Virus record (IMG/VR): IMGVR_UViG_3300016484_000260
Coordinates: 1-36,167 of that record
DNA length: 36,167 nucleotides
Direction: 5' to 3' (one strand)
From: a virus
Lineage: Duplodnaviria; Caudoviricetes
Shown: positions 9,594 to 18,096 of the stretch, piece after piece
How positions within the stretch are numbered: the stretch's first letter is position 1
Layout of the letters: each line of letters begins with the position of its first letter
Notes under the pieces: model-generated
Database searches by the model: none
The model's input: the letters and a program-made list of their open reading frames with translations, nothing else
Told to the model about the DNA's origin: nothing
Translations under genes and position numbers: made by a program

Positions 9594-10802
9594 ATGGCAA
9601 ACAGCCTGCTTACCATTGACATGATCACCCGCAAATCGCTGGAGATCCTCGAAAACAACCTGGTGCTCACCCGCAACGTGAACCGTCAGTACGACGACAG
9701 CTTTGCTGTCGAAGGTGCCAAGATTGGTTCGACCCTGCGTATCCGTCTGCCGGATCGCGCCCTGGTGACTGACGGCGCTGCCCTGCAAGTGCAAGCCGAC
9801 AACGAGCAATACACCACCTTGTCCGTTGCTTCGCAGAAGCATATCGGCATCAACTTTACCTCTGCTGAACTTACCATGCAGTTGGATGATTTTGCCGAGC
9901 GCGTTCTGAAGCCGCGTATCTCGCAACTGGCCGCGTCGATTGACGCTGACGTTGCCAACTCGTTCCTCTCTATCGGTAACAGTGTCGGCACTCCCGGTAC
10001 TACGCCTGCGACTTCGCTGGTTCTTCTGCAAGCGCAACAGAAACTGAACGAGAATGCTGCCGTGATGTCGCCGCGTTACGCGACCGTCAACCCGGCTGCT
10101 AACGCTGGTCTGGTTGAAGGCATGAAGGGGCTGTTCAATCCGACTGACACGGTTTCCCGTCAGTTCAAGAATGGCATGATGGGCACGGGCGTTCTGGGCT
10201 TTGACGAAATCAATATGTCCCAGTCGATCAAGCAATTTACTTGCGGCACTCGTACTGCGACTGGTGGCTCCACTTCTGCTGCCGTTTCGTCCGAAGGCGC
10301 TACGACCATCGCTATCACTGGCGCCGGCAATGCGGGCACCATCAAGATTGGCGATGTGTTTACCGTGGCTGACTGCTACGCCGTTAACCCGCAGACCCGT
10401 GAATCGACTGGTTCGCTGTTCCAGTTCGTCGCTACTGCCAACGTCACGCTTGGCTCTTCTGGCGAAGGCAACATCACTGTTGCTCCGATTTACTCGTCAT
10501 CCAATGCTCTGGCAACCGTTGATAGCCTGCCGGGATCTGGCAAAGCTATTGTTTTCGTTGGTACCGCCAGCGGTCAGTATGCTCAAAACCTGGTCTATCA
10601 CAAGGACGCTATCACTTTCGCTACCGCCGACCTGCTGATGCCGCAAGGTGTCGACATGGCTTCGCGTCAAGTGCATAACGGTATTTCGATGCGGATTGTT
10701 CGTCAATATGACATCAATAACGACCGTATGCCGTGCCGTATCGACGTTCTGTATGGTTACAGCGCAATTCGTCCGCAAATGGCCTGCCGCATCTGGGGCT
10801 AA
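9594..10802 (+). CDS. major capsid protein (P22 coat protein gp5 family)
   Basis: MANSLLTIDMIT start after strong RBS GAAAGGA; GAKIGSTLRIRLP and C-terminal CRIDVLYG...RP motifs. Confidence 0.95.
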   Translation: MANSLLTIDMITRKSLEILENNLVLTRNVNRQYDDSFAVEGAKIGSTLRIRLPDRALVTDGAALQVQADNEQYTTLSVASQKHIGINFTSAELTMQLDDFAERVLKPRISQLAASIDADVANSFLSIGNSVGTPGTTPATSLVLLQAQQKLNENAAVMSPRYATVNPAANAGLVEGMKGLFNPTDTVSRQFKNGMMGTGVLGFDEINMSQSIKQFTCGTRTATGGSTSAAVSSEGATTIAITGAGNAGTIKIGDVFTVADCYAVNPQTRESTGSLFQFVATANVTLGSSGEGNITVAPIYSSSNALATVDSLPGSGKAIVFVGTASGQYAQNLVYHKDAITFATADLLMPQGVDMASRQVHNGISMRIVRQYDINNDRMPCRIDVLYGYSAIRPQMACRIWG

Positions 10803-10809
10803 TCTGAAC

Positions 10810-10830
10810 GGGGGCTAATCACCCCCTTCT
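10810..10830 (+). terminator. weak hairpin after the capsid gene
   Basis: GGGGG-CTAATCA-CCCCC followed by TTCT; poor U-tract. Confidence 0.35.
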
Positions 10831-10855
10831 CTATCTAATATCGAAAGGAAATATC

Positions 10856-11254
10856 ATGGCACTTTCTAATGGAACTGGTGGTTATCAGGTTGGCGACGGC
10901 ACCTCTAATGAGGCGCTGTTTTTTGTTCAGGGCGCTCCCACTGCGCTGACGGCTGCTGCTACCGCTACTGCCGCGCAACTGGCTAACGGTCTGTTTACGT
11001 TTAACGGCACCGCTGGCAACCTGACGCTGCCCACCGTGGCCGATCTGGAAGCAGGTATGCCTTCCGCAACTCGCGCTAACATGGCTTTTGATTTCTACGT
11101 CATCAACATTGATGCTACTACCGACGACATCACCGTGGCTACCAACACGGGCTGGACGTTGGTTGGCGCAATGGCTGTGACGGAAGCCACTTCTGGTCAT
11201 TTCCGTGCGCGGAAAACCGGTGATAGCGCTTGGACTTGCTACCGCATTAGCTAA
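10856..11254 (+). CDS. putative capsid decoration/minor head protein
   Basis: Same GAAAGGAAAT RBS as the coat gene; directly downstream of it; NLTLPT motif. Confidence 0.6.
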   Translation: MALSNGTGGYQVGDGTSNEALFFVQGAPTALTAAATATAAQLANGLFTFNGTAGNLTLPTVADLEAGMPSATRANMAFDFYVINIDATTDDITVATNTGWTLVGAMAVTEATSGHFRARKTGDSAWTCYRIS

Positions 11255-11260
11255 AACATA

Positions 11261-11283
11261 AGGGGCTTCGGCCCCTGTTTTTT
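11261..11283 (+). terminator. Rho-independent terminator
   Basis: AGGGGC-TTCG-GCCCCT followed by GTTTTTT; cUUCGg tetraloop. Confidence 0.8.
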
Positions 11284-11297
11284 GAAAGGATACAAAT

Positions 11298-11618
11298 ATG
11301 CCTAATACTAAAGCCGTGGGCGTCGCGTACAGCGATCCCGCATTGGACGGCGCAGTTGTCGGTGCATCTGGTGGCACGGCTGGTTTCTTCGGTGCTACTC
11401 CGACGACCAAGCCGGCAGCCAATACGACCGCGCTGACGACCATCACCTCTACTGCGCCAGGTACGCCGGATTACGCGATCCAAGATCTGACCCAGACAAC
11501 CCCGTTTGGCTTTGTCACCAAAGACGAAGGCAATTCGGTTCTTGCGGTAGTTGCCAATCTTCAAGCGCGTGTGGCGCAGTTGGAAACGAAACTGCAAACT
11601 CTTGGTTTGCTGTCCTAA
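11298..11618 (+). CDS. putative head fibre/decoration protein
   Basis: RBS GAAAGGA; GFFGATPTTKPA motif and C-terminal helix ending LQTLGLLS. Confidence 0.6.
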   Translation: MPNTKAVGVAYSDPALDGAVVGASGGTAGFFGATPTTKPAANTTALTTITSTAPGTPDYAIQDLTQTTPFGFVTKDEGNSVLAVVANLQARVAQLETKLQTLGLLS

Positions 11619-11625
11619 CCAAAAA

Positions 11626-11646
11626 GGGGGCTTCGGCCCCCGTTTT
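11626..11646 (+). terminator. Rho-independent terminator
   Basis: GGGGGC-TTCG-GCCCCC then GTTTT, preceded by AAAAA. Confidence 0.8.
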
Positions 11647-11650
11647 AATC

Positions 11651-11854
11651 ATGGCAGTTATTTATCTCAAACATATTAAACACGGTGCCAAAGTTGCAAT
11701 TTCGGAACTTGAGGCAGAAAATGACATTGCAAATGGGTGGGAAAAATTTGATCCCATTCAGTTTGATGTTGAAGATAAAATCTTGGTAGTAGAATCAGTC
11801 AATCAATTGCAACCGAGACGTCGCGGGCGTCCTTCAAAGGAGATTCCGCAATGA
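11651..11854 (+). CDS. small hypothetical protein with RRRGRP AT-hook-like tail
   Basis: ORF fills the gap; ATGA overlap with the next gene. Confidence 0.65.
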   Translation: MAVIYLKHIKHGAKVAISELEAENDIANGWEKFDPIQFDVEDKILVVESVNQLQPRRRGRPSKEIPQ

Positions 11855-12570
11855 CAACAACTGCTACCGCTGGCGATATTATTAATGGCGCATTGCGCTT
11901 GATCGGACAGTTGGCCGAAGGTGAAGTGCCTTCTGCCGATACCATGCAAGATTCCATCATGGCGATGAATCAAATGATTCAGTCGTGGAATACGGAACGC
12001 CTTGCTGTATTCAGCACGCAAGATCAAGTTTTTACTTGGCCCGCGTATGAAAAGAGCAGAACCATTGGCCCGACCGGCAATTTTGTTGGCAATCGGCCAA
12101 TTGAGATTGATGATGCGACGTATTTCAAAGACCCATCGTCCGGCCTGTCGTTTGGCGTTAAGCTGATCAACCAGCAGCAATACGACGGCATTGCGTTCAA
12201 GACCGTTACATCAACATATCCTCAGGTTATGTGGATAAATAGCACGTTCCCTGACATGGAAATGACGGTTTATCCAGTACCGATCAAAGATCTTGAATGG
12301 CATATTATTTCAGTTGAACAACTGAATGAAGTGACCAGCGTTGCTACGGATATGGCTTTCCCGCAAGGATACCTTCGGGCTTTCCGTTATAACTTGGCAA
12401 TGGAGCTGGCGCCTGAATTTGGCGTTGAGCCATCGCCACAAGTGCAGCGTATTGCCATGACAAGCAAACGTGACTTGAAACGTATTAACTTCCCTGGCGA
12501 TCTAATGGCAATTCCGTATCCGATTGTGGCGACCAGGCAGCGATTTAATATTTACGCAAACAACTTCTGA
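11851..12570 (+). CDS. head-tail adaptor (P22 gp4-like tail accessory factor)
   Basis: TAGDIINGALRLIG N-terminus, YNLAMELAPEFG motif; precedes the gp10-like gene. Confidence 0.8.
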   Translation: MTTTATAGDIINGALRLIGQLAEGEVPSADTMQDSIMAMNQMIQSWNTERLAVFSTQDQVFTWPAYEKSRTIGPTGNFVGNRPIEIDDATYFKDPSSGLSFGVKLINQQQYDGIAFKTVTSTYPQVMWINSTFPDMEMTVYPVPIKDLEWHIISVEQLNEVTSVATDMAFPQGYLRAFRYNLAMELAPEFGVEPSPQVQRIAMTSKRDLKRINFPGDLMAIPYPIVATRQRFNIYANNF

Positions 12571-14000
12571 TGAAGACTTCAATTCTAGGATCAACATACG
12601 TCGCTCGGTCGGTTAATGCCGCAGATGCTCGTATGATTAATATGTTCCCCGAAATTACGCCGGAAGCTGGCAAGGAAGCCGCGTTTCTTATGCGGGCGCC
12701 AGGTATGCGTAAATTGGCAGAAATAGGCTCTGGCCCAATTCGTGGATTGTGGCAACTTGGTGATTATCTTTATGTTGTTAGCGGGGATACGCTGTATAAG
12801 GTCAACAACACTTACATTGCAACATCACTTGGCACGATTGCCAATACTGGCCCCGTATCAATGTCAGATAACGGTACGCAAATTTTTATTGCTGCCAATC
12901 CGCAAGGTTACATCTACAACACCAGCACCAACGTATTCCAGCAGATCACTGACCCTGACTTCCCCGGCGCAGTGACTGTTGGCTACTTGGATGGTTATTT
13001 TGTTTTTAATGAACCTGACAGCCAGCGCATTTGGATCACCAGTCTGCTGGATGGAACCAGTGTAGATCCGCTGGATTTCGCCAGCGCAGAAGGCTCGCCG
13101 GATGATGTAGTTGGTATCATCATTGATCACCGGGAACTGTGGGTCTTTGGTACTAATTCGGTTGAAGTCTGGTACGACGCTGGATTGCTGGATTTCCCGC
13201 TCCAGCGCATTCAGGGCGCGTTCAATGAACTCGGCTGCGCTGCTGCCTATTCGATTGCAAAGATGGACAACGGTATCTTCTGGCTTGGTCAAGACGCACG
13301 AGGTCATGGTATCGTCTATCGGGCCAATGGCTACACCGGACAGCGTATCTCGTCTCATGCTGTAGAGTGGCAGATTCAGCAGTACAGCGATATTTCCGAC
13401 GCCATCGGCTACACTTACCAGCAGGACGGCCACAGCTTCTATGTGCTGATCTTCCCCAGTGCCAATACGACTTGGGTGTATGATGCCTCGACGCAGGCAT
13501 GGCATGAACGCGCCGGATGGAAAAATGGCGAATGGACACGCCACCGCAGTAACTGCCAAGTGTTTTTCAACAACACGGTAGTTATTGGCGACTATGAGGA
13601 TGGAAGAATCTATGCGTTCGATCTGGACTATTACCAAGACGACGACGCAGTGCAACGGTGGTATCGCTCTTGGCGGGCACTTCCGTCCGGCCAAAACAAC
13701 CTTAAACGCACGACGCAGCATATGTTACAACTTGACTGCGAAACCGGCGTAGGAATCAATGACGGGCAAGGTAGTGATCCAGAGGTAATGTTGCGATGGT
13801 CTGATGACGGCGGCCATACTTGGTCGTATGAACATTGGGCCAAAATGGGCAAGATTGGTCAGTTCGGCTATCGCACACTTTGGCGCCGTCTTGGCATGAC
13901 CACTAAAATCCGTGACCGTGTTTATGAAGTATCTGGTACAGATCCGATAAAGCTGGCAATCATGGGCGCTGAATTGTTTGTGACGCCGACAAATGCCTGA
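12570..14000 (+). CDS. P22 gp10-like DNA-stabilising tail protein
   Basis: DFASAEGSPD, TWVYD...WHER, VMLRWSDDGGHTWS and WRRLG motifs. Confidence 0.92.
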   Translation: MKTSILGSTYVARSVNAADARMINMFPEITPEAGKEAAFLMRAPGMRKLAEIGSGPIRGLWQLGDYLYVVSGDTLYKVNNTYIATSLGTIANTGPVSMSDNGTQIFIAANPQGYIYNTSTNVFQQITDPDFPGAVTVGYLDGYFVFNEPDSQRIWITSLLDGTSVDPLDFASAEGSPDDVVGIIIDHRELWVFGTNSVEVWYDAGLLDFPLQRIQGAFNELGCAAAYSIAKMDNGIFWLGQDARGHGIVYRANGYTGQRISSHAVEWQIQQYSDISDAIGYTYQQDGHSFYVLIFPSANTTWVYDASTQAWHERAGWKNGEWTRHRSNCQVFFNNTVVIGDYEDGRIYAFDLDYYQDDDAVQRWYRSWRALPSGQNNLKRTTQHMLQLDCETGVGINDGQGSDPEVMLRWSDDGGHTWSYEHWAKMGKIGQFGYRTLWRRLGMTTKIRDRVYEVSGTDPIKLAIMGAELFVTPTNA

Positions 14001-15207
14001 CAATATTAACACCACCAACATAACGCCACCTCGCGTTCCATTTACAGATGAACGCACAGGGCTGATTTCGCGTGAATGGTATAGATTTTTCTTAGGGTTG
14101 TTTACGCTAACCGGTAGTGGATCAAACAGCGTTTCATTGACTGATTTACAGGTTGGCCCGCCGGCAATTCCAATTGAATTGGTAACTGTAGATCCAAACG
14201 CTTTAGACAATTCCACAAATACTTCCCCGTTATTGTCACAAATTGCCGAGATTGAAAAGCAGATCAATGGCATTGAATCTGTGCCGAGGGCTGAACTTGG
14301 CACAATGTCATCACTCCAGCAGGCCAATCTGCCTTGGGTAATTTGGGACACGACACCTCAAGGCGTTCCGACTGATGTCGGCACCGCCGCATGGGATGGT
14401 GGCACGACGCTTGGATTGCAGATGACAACCAACGTGCTGCAAAAGATCGGTGAAGATTACTTCTTCTACATCAAGGCGTCCAGCGCGATTACCAAAGGCG
14501 ACTTGGTTATGTTCACTGGCGCTGTCGGGGCGTCTGGCGTCGTCACTGGTGCGCCCTCAACAGGCATCACCAACGGCCAGTACATCATGGGCGTGGCCGC
14601 AGAGTCGATTGCGCTTAACGGGTTTGGCCTGGTGCAGGCATTAGGTGTGCTGCGCGGCATTACAACTACCGGCGCCAGCGTTGGTGAGTCATGGGCTGAC
14701 GGCGACATCCTGTACTATAACTCGGCATACACCGGCGGCTTGACGAAGGTCTATCCGACCTCCGGGCCAATTGTGACGATAGCGGCGGTCGTTAACGCGG
14801 GTTCTGGCAGTTCTGGCTCGCTTCAGATTCGCCCTTCAGTGACGCAACGCCTAACCGCCGGAACGGGTATTTCAATCAGCCAGACATCCACTGGAACAAC
14901 GATCTCCAGCGCATCGGGTGGTGGCGCTCCGGTCACAAAAACGGCAGACTTTACCGTAGCCTCAGGCGAAACATGGCTGATCAACAACAAGTCCGGTTCG
15001 ACCTGTACGGTAACTCTTCCAACGGCCAGTTCATACAGCGGGCGTGTATTGTATTTTCTGAATTATCAAGCCTACACTGTAGTATCCGCGTCAAGTAATG
15101 TCGTTCCACTAACTGGCGGGGCAGCAACAACAGCAATTCTTAACGCAGTTGCTGGAGATACTGCTACACTTGTATCTGATGGTACAAACTGGATAATGAC
15201 TCAATAA
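13993..15207 (+). CDS. tail needle/fibre-like protein
   Basis: ITPPRVPF...ISREWYRFF N-terminus; C-terminal TVTLPTAS...LVSDGTNW fibre module; gp26-like position. Confidence 0.65.
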   Translation: MPDNINTTNITPPRVPFTDERTGLISREWYRFFLGLFTLTGSGSNSVSLTDLQVGPPAIPIELVTVDPNALDNSTNTSPLLSQIAEIEKQINGIESVPRAELGTMSSLQQANLPWVIWDTTPQGVPTDVGTAAWDGGTTLGLQMTTNVLQKIGEDYFFYIKASSAITKGDLVMFTGAVGASGVVTGAPSTGITNGQYIMGVAAESIALNGFGLVQALGVLRGITTTGASVGESWADGDILYYNSAYTGGLTKVYPTSGPIVTIAAVVNAGSGSSGSLQIRPSVTQRLTAGTGISISQTSTGTTISSASGGGAPVTKTADFTVASGETWLINNKSGSTCTVTLPTASSYSGRVLYFLNYQAYTVVSASSNVVPLTGGAATTAILNAVAGDTATLVSDGTNWIMTQ

Positions 15208-15216
15208 GGAGCCGCT

Positions 15217-15555
15217 ATGGCTGTATATGTGAAAATATTAATCCCAGCCAAGATTGCTGAAGCGTCACAGACTACGCAATACACGGCAACTGGCGTCACC
15301 GCGATTATCGACAAATTCACCGCGACGAACTACAACTCGTCGGCAGCAACGATCAGTGTCAATATTGTCACTAATGCGGATACGGCTGGAAATCAAAACT
15401 TGATTGTCAAAACCAAAACGCTTCAGCCTTCGGAAACTTATACATTCCCAGAACTGGTTGGCGTCGCTCTAGAACCTAGCGGGTTTATCTCGACACTGGC
15501 CGGCACGGCCAGCTCGATCAACATTCGGGCAAACGGACGCGAAATTACGTCGTGA
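15217..15555 (+). CDS. hypothetical virion protein
   Basis: RBS TAAGGAG; beta-rich; tail module. Confidence 0.65.
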   Translation: MAVYVKILIPAKIAEASQTTQYTATGVTAIIDKFTATNYNSSAATISVNIVTNADTAGNQNLIVKTKTLQPSETYTFPELVGVALEPSGFISTLAGTASSINIRANGREITS

Positions 15556-15929
15556 CAAAAATCTCTAATGAGATATGGGCAGTCATTAAGGAATATCTTG
15601 AAACTGTTAAAGGAAAACAAGCACCGGATATTCTTAGAGATATACTGGAGCAGCATACTGAAATAGAAGTTTTTGACGGTGGTGTTTTTATTGCAATGGG
15701 TAACGAATTTGACTTGTTTGTGTTGCCGGAAAAGCGCGGTCGTTGGCGAATCAGAACCACAATTGGCGATTATCTTAATCGCATGATGCAGAAGCACGGT
15801 ACAATTATTGCAAGTATTGATGAACGAAATGCGCCATCACTTCGATTAGCCAGACATTTTGGCTTTAACGAAGTAAGCCGGAACAACGGCGTCATTCGAT
15901 TGGAGAAGAATCATGGGCGACATTGTTAA
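15552..15929 (+). CDS. GNAT-fold acetyltransferase-like protein (P22 gp14/T7 gp13-like position)
   Basis: RGRW motif A-like segment and IDERNAPSLRLARHFGF motif B; directly precedes the ejection protein genes. Confidence 0.65.
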   Translation: MTKISNEIWAVIKEYLETVKGKQAPDILRDILEQHTEIEVFDGGVFIAMGNEFDLFVLPEKRGRWRIRTTIGDYLNRMMQKHGTIIASIDERNAPSLRLARHFGFNEVSRNNGVIRLEKNHGRHC

Positions 15930-16674
15930 TGCGGTAGCAGATGTATTCGGATTTGGGCCTGCCAGTACACAGGCAGATGCTACGACCGAAGCGGCCAATA
16001 TTTCAGCACAGGTTGCTCGCGAACAGCTTGCGCTTCAGCAGCGCATGTATGAGGAAGGCGTTGCCCGTCAGCAACCCTGGCTTACAGCAGGTACTGGCGC
16101 AATCAATCAACTAGCAGCGGGGCTACAAAAAGGCGGTGAGTTTGGGACGCCGTTCTCGCAGACAAATTGGCAACAAGAACCAGGTTATCAGTTCCGATTA
16201 TCTGAAGGGCTAAAAGCGCTTGACCGACAAGCTGCTGCCCGAGGCGGTATGATTTCTGGTGCTGCGCTCAAAGCTGCTCAGCGTTACGGTCAGCAGGCTG
16301 CGTCGGACGAATATCAAAACGCATTCAACCGCTATTACAGCGAACGCCAAAATATGCTGAGTCCTATTCAATCTTTGGCAGGCGTGGGGCAATCTGCTGC
16401 CAACACGCTGGGCAGCGCCGGTGGCAATTACGCCAACCAAGCCAATGCTCTAGCAATGACCAACGCGGCAAACCAAGGCAATTTGGCGCTGCAACAAGGC
16501 AACATTCGAGCCAGCCAATATGGCGGGTATGGCAGTGCGCTTAATACGGCTCTCAATACCAATTGGTCGCAGGTCGGGAATTATCTTGGCAACCCATTAA
16601 CAGCCTTTAAATACGGCACCAACATAGGTTCAGAGCAAACCGCTATGCTTGCTGCTCAAGAAGCTGGTTTATAA
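15913..16674 (+). CDS. DNA ejection/transfer protein (P22 gp7-like)
   Basis: PGYQFRLSEG...AAARGG..SGAALKA...YGQ motif; Gly/Ala/Gln-rich. Confidence 0.82.
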   Translation: MGDIVNAVADVFGFGPASTQADATTEAANISAQVAREQLALQQRMYEEGVARQQPWLTAGTGAINQLAAGLQKGGEFGTPFSQTNWQQEPGYQFRLSEGLKALDRQAAARGGMISGAALKAAQRYGQQAASDEYQNAFNRYYSERQNMLSPIQSLAGVGQSAANTLGSAGGNYANQANALAMTNAANQGNLALQQGNIRASQYGGYGSALNTALNTNWSQVGNYLGNPLTAFKYGTNIGSEQTAMLAAQEAGL

Positions 16675-16683
16675 GGAGTAATC

Positions 16684-18087
16684 ATGGCTGGGCTTATAGA
16701 TGTAAATATCCTTAAACCTGAGTTGGCAACTTCGTTTGCCACTGGTTATCAGCAAGCGCAGCAGACGCGGCAGCAAAATGAGATGAACCAGATCGACTTG
16801 GATAAGCTCAAGCAAGACCGCGCTATGCTGATTGACTTGCAAGCCAAGTTACGCGCAATAGGACAAAGCGACGACCCTAATCAGTTTTTCAAAGCAATGA
16901 TCCAGACCGGCAACCCGGACTACATGGCTAAAGGCTATGAAGGGCTGCAACGCTACAGAGAGCTTCAGCGTGCGGAACAATTGCTGCGTAAAGAAGCGCC
17001 TGAACTGTTTGGCCCAGAATCTGGCGTCGTTGCGCCAGCCGCCCCAACCGCCCCAGTAAACGCACTTGCGCCGTCAGTTGCGGCTGCTCCGGCGCCCACA
17101 AACGCTTTGGCCGCCCCTGCTGCACCAGCCGCCCCTGTTGCACCTGCAAACGCTTTAACAGCGCCCGGCACTCGTGCGCAAGAGCTACGCAACAAAATTT
17201 TGACGTACCGTTCGTTGAATGATCCTCGCCTTAAAGCAATGGCAGATGTCTATCAAGCCGAACTCAACGAGCTGGTCAAACCGCAAGTTGTCGGCCCAAA
17301 TTCTACGGTATTCAGGGGCGGCCAATCGGTGTTCACAGCACCTGCCGCGCCGACTGAATTGCAACGCAATTATGAATTTGCCAAAAAGCAAGGATTTAAA
17401 GGTTCGTTATTTGATTATGAACGTCAGCTTAAAGAAGCTGGTCGCGCGCCAGCACAACCGCGTCCCGAGCAGCCGCCAGTCGCAGTTATTGACCCGACGA
17501 CTGGCAAACAAGTTTTTGTATCACGCGAAGAAGCCTTGTCAAAGCGCATGACGCCTGCTGCCGCGCAAGAAGGGCTAACGCCAAAAGAAATTCAGAAGCG
17601 CGAAGCTAAATATCCTCAAGCAACAGCGACTATTAAAACATTTGAAGATAAACAAGGCCAATTAGCTGATGATCTTGATAAATTAGCCGCACATCCTGGG
17701 CTATCCGGTATCAGCGGTTTAATATACGGCCGTACCCCCGCTATAACTGGCGAGGCTCGTCAAGCAGAAGCGTTATATAAAAATATTGCGGCGCGAGGTC
17801 AATTTGGCGAACTTGCTGCTATTCGTCAAGCATCACCCACTGGCGGGGCATTGGGTAATGTATCTAATCAAGAAGGGCAATACTTGCGAGATGCTTTTGC
17901 TGCAATTGACAAAACACAAAATACAAAAGATTTGGCCGCCGCATTACGCAAAGCTGCATCTCAAGTACGAAGCAGTATGGCTAATGTAAGAGAAGCGTAT
18001 GACTTAACATACGAGTATCGTAAAGGCGGTGCGCCAGAAAAAGCCGCCAGCGGCGGCGTGGACGCCAACAACCCTCTGCTCAAGTAA
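16684..18087 (+). CDS. putative DNA ejection protein (gp20-like position)
   Basis: Helical, with an Ala/Pro linker; GALGNVSNQEGQYL motif; synteny. Confidence 0.65.
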   Translation: MAGLIDVNILKPELATSFATGYQQAQQTRQQNEMNQIDLDKLKQDRAMLIDLQAKLRAIGQSDDPNQFFKAMIQTGNPDYMAKGYEGLQRYRELQRAEQLLRKEAPELFGPESGVVAPAAPTAPVNALAPSVAAAPAPTNALAAPAAPAAPVAPANALTAPGTRAQELRNKILTYRSLNDPRLKAMADVYQAELNELVKPQVVGPNSTVFRGGQSVFTAPAAPTELQRNYEFAKKQGFKGSLFDYERQLKEAGRAPAQPRPEQPPVAVIDPTTGKQVFVSREEALSKRMTPAAAQEGLTPKEIQKREAKYPQATATIKTFEDKQGQLADDLDKLAAHPGLSGISGLIYGRTPAITGEARQAEALYKNIAARGQFGELAAIRQASPTGGALGNVSNQEGQYLRDAFAAIDKTQNTKDLAAALRKAASQVRSSMANVREAYDLTYEYRKGGAPEKAASGGVDANNPLLK

Positions 18088-18096
18088 GGAGACGGT

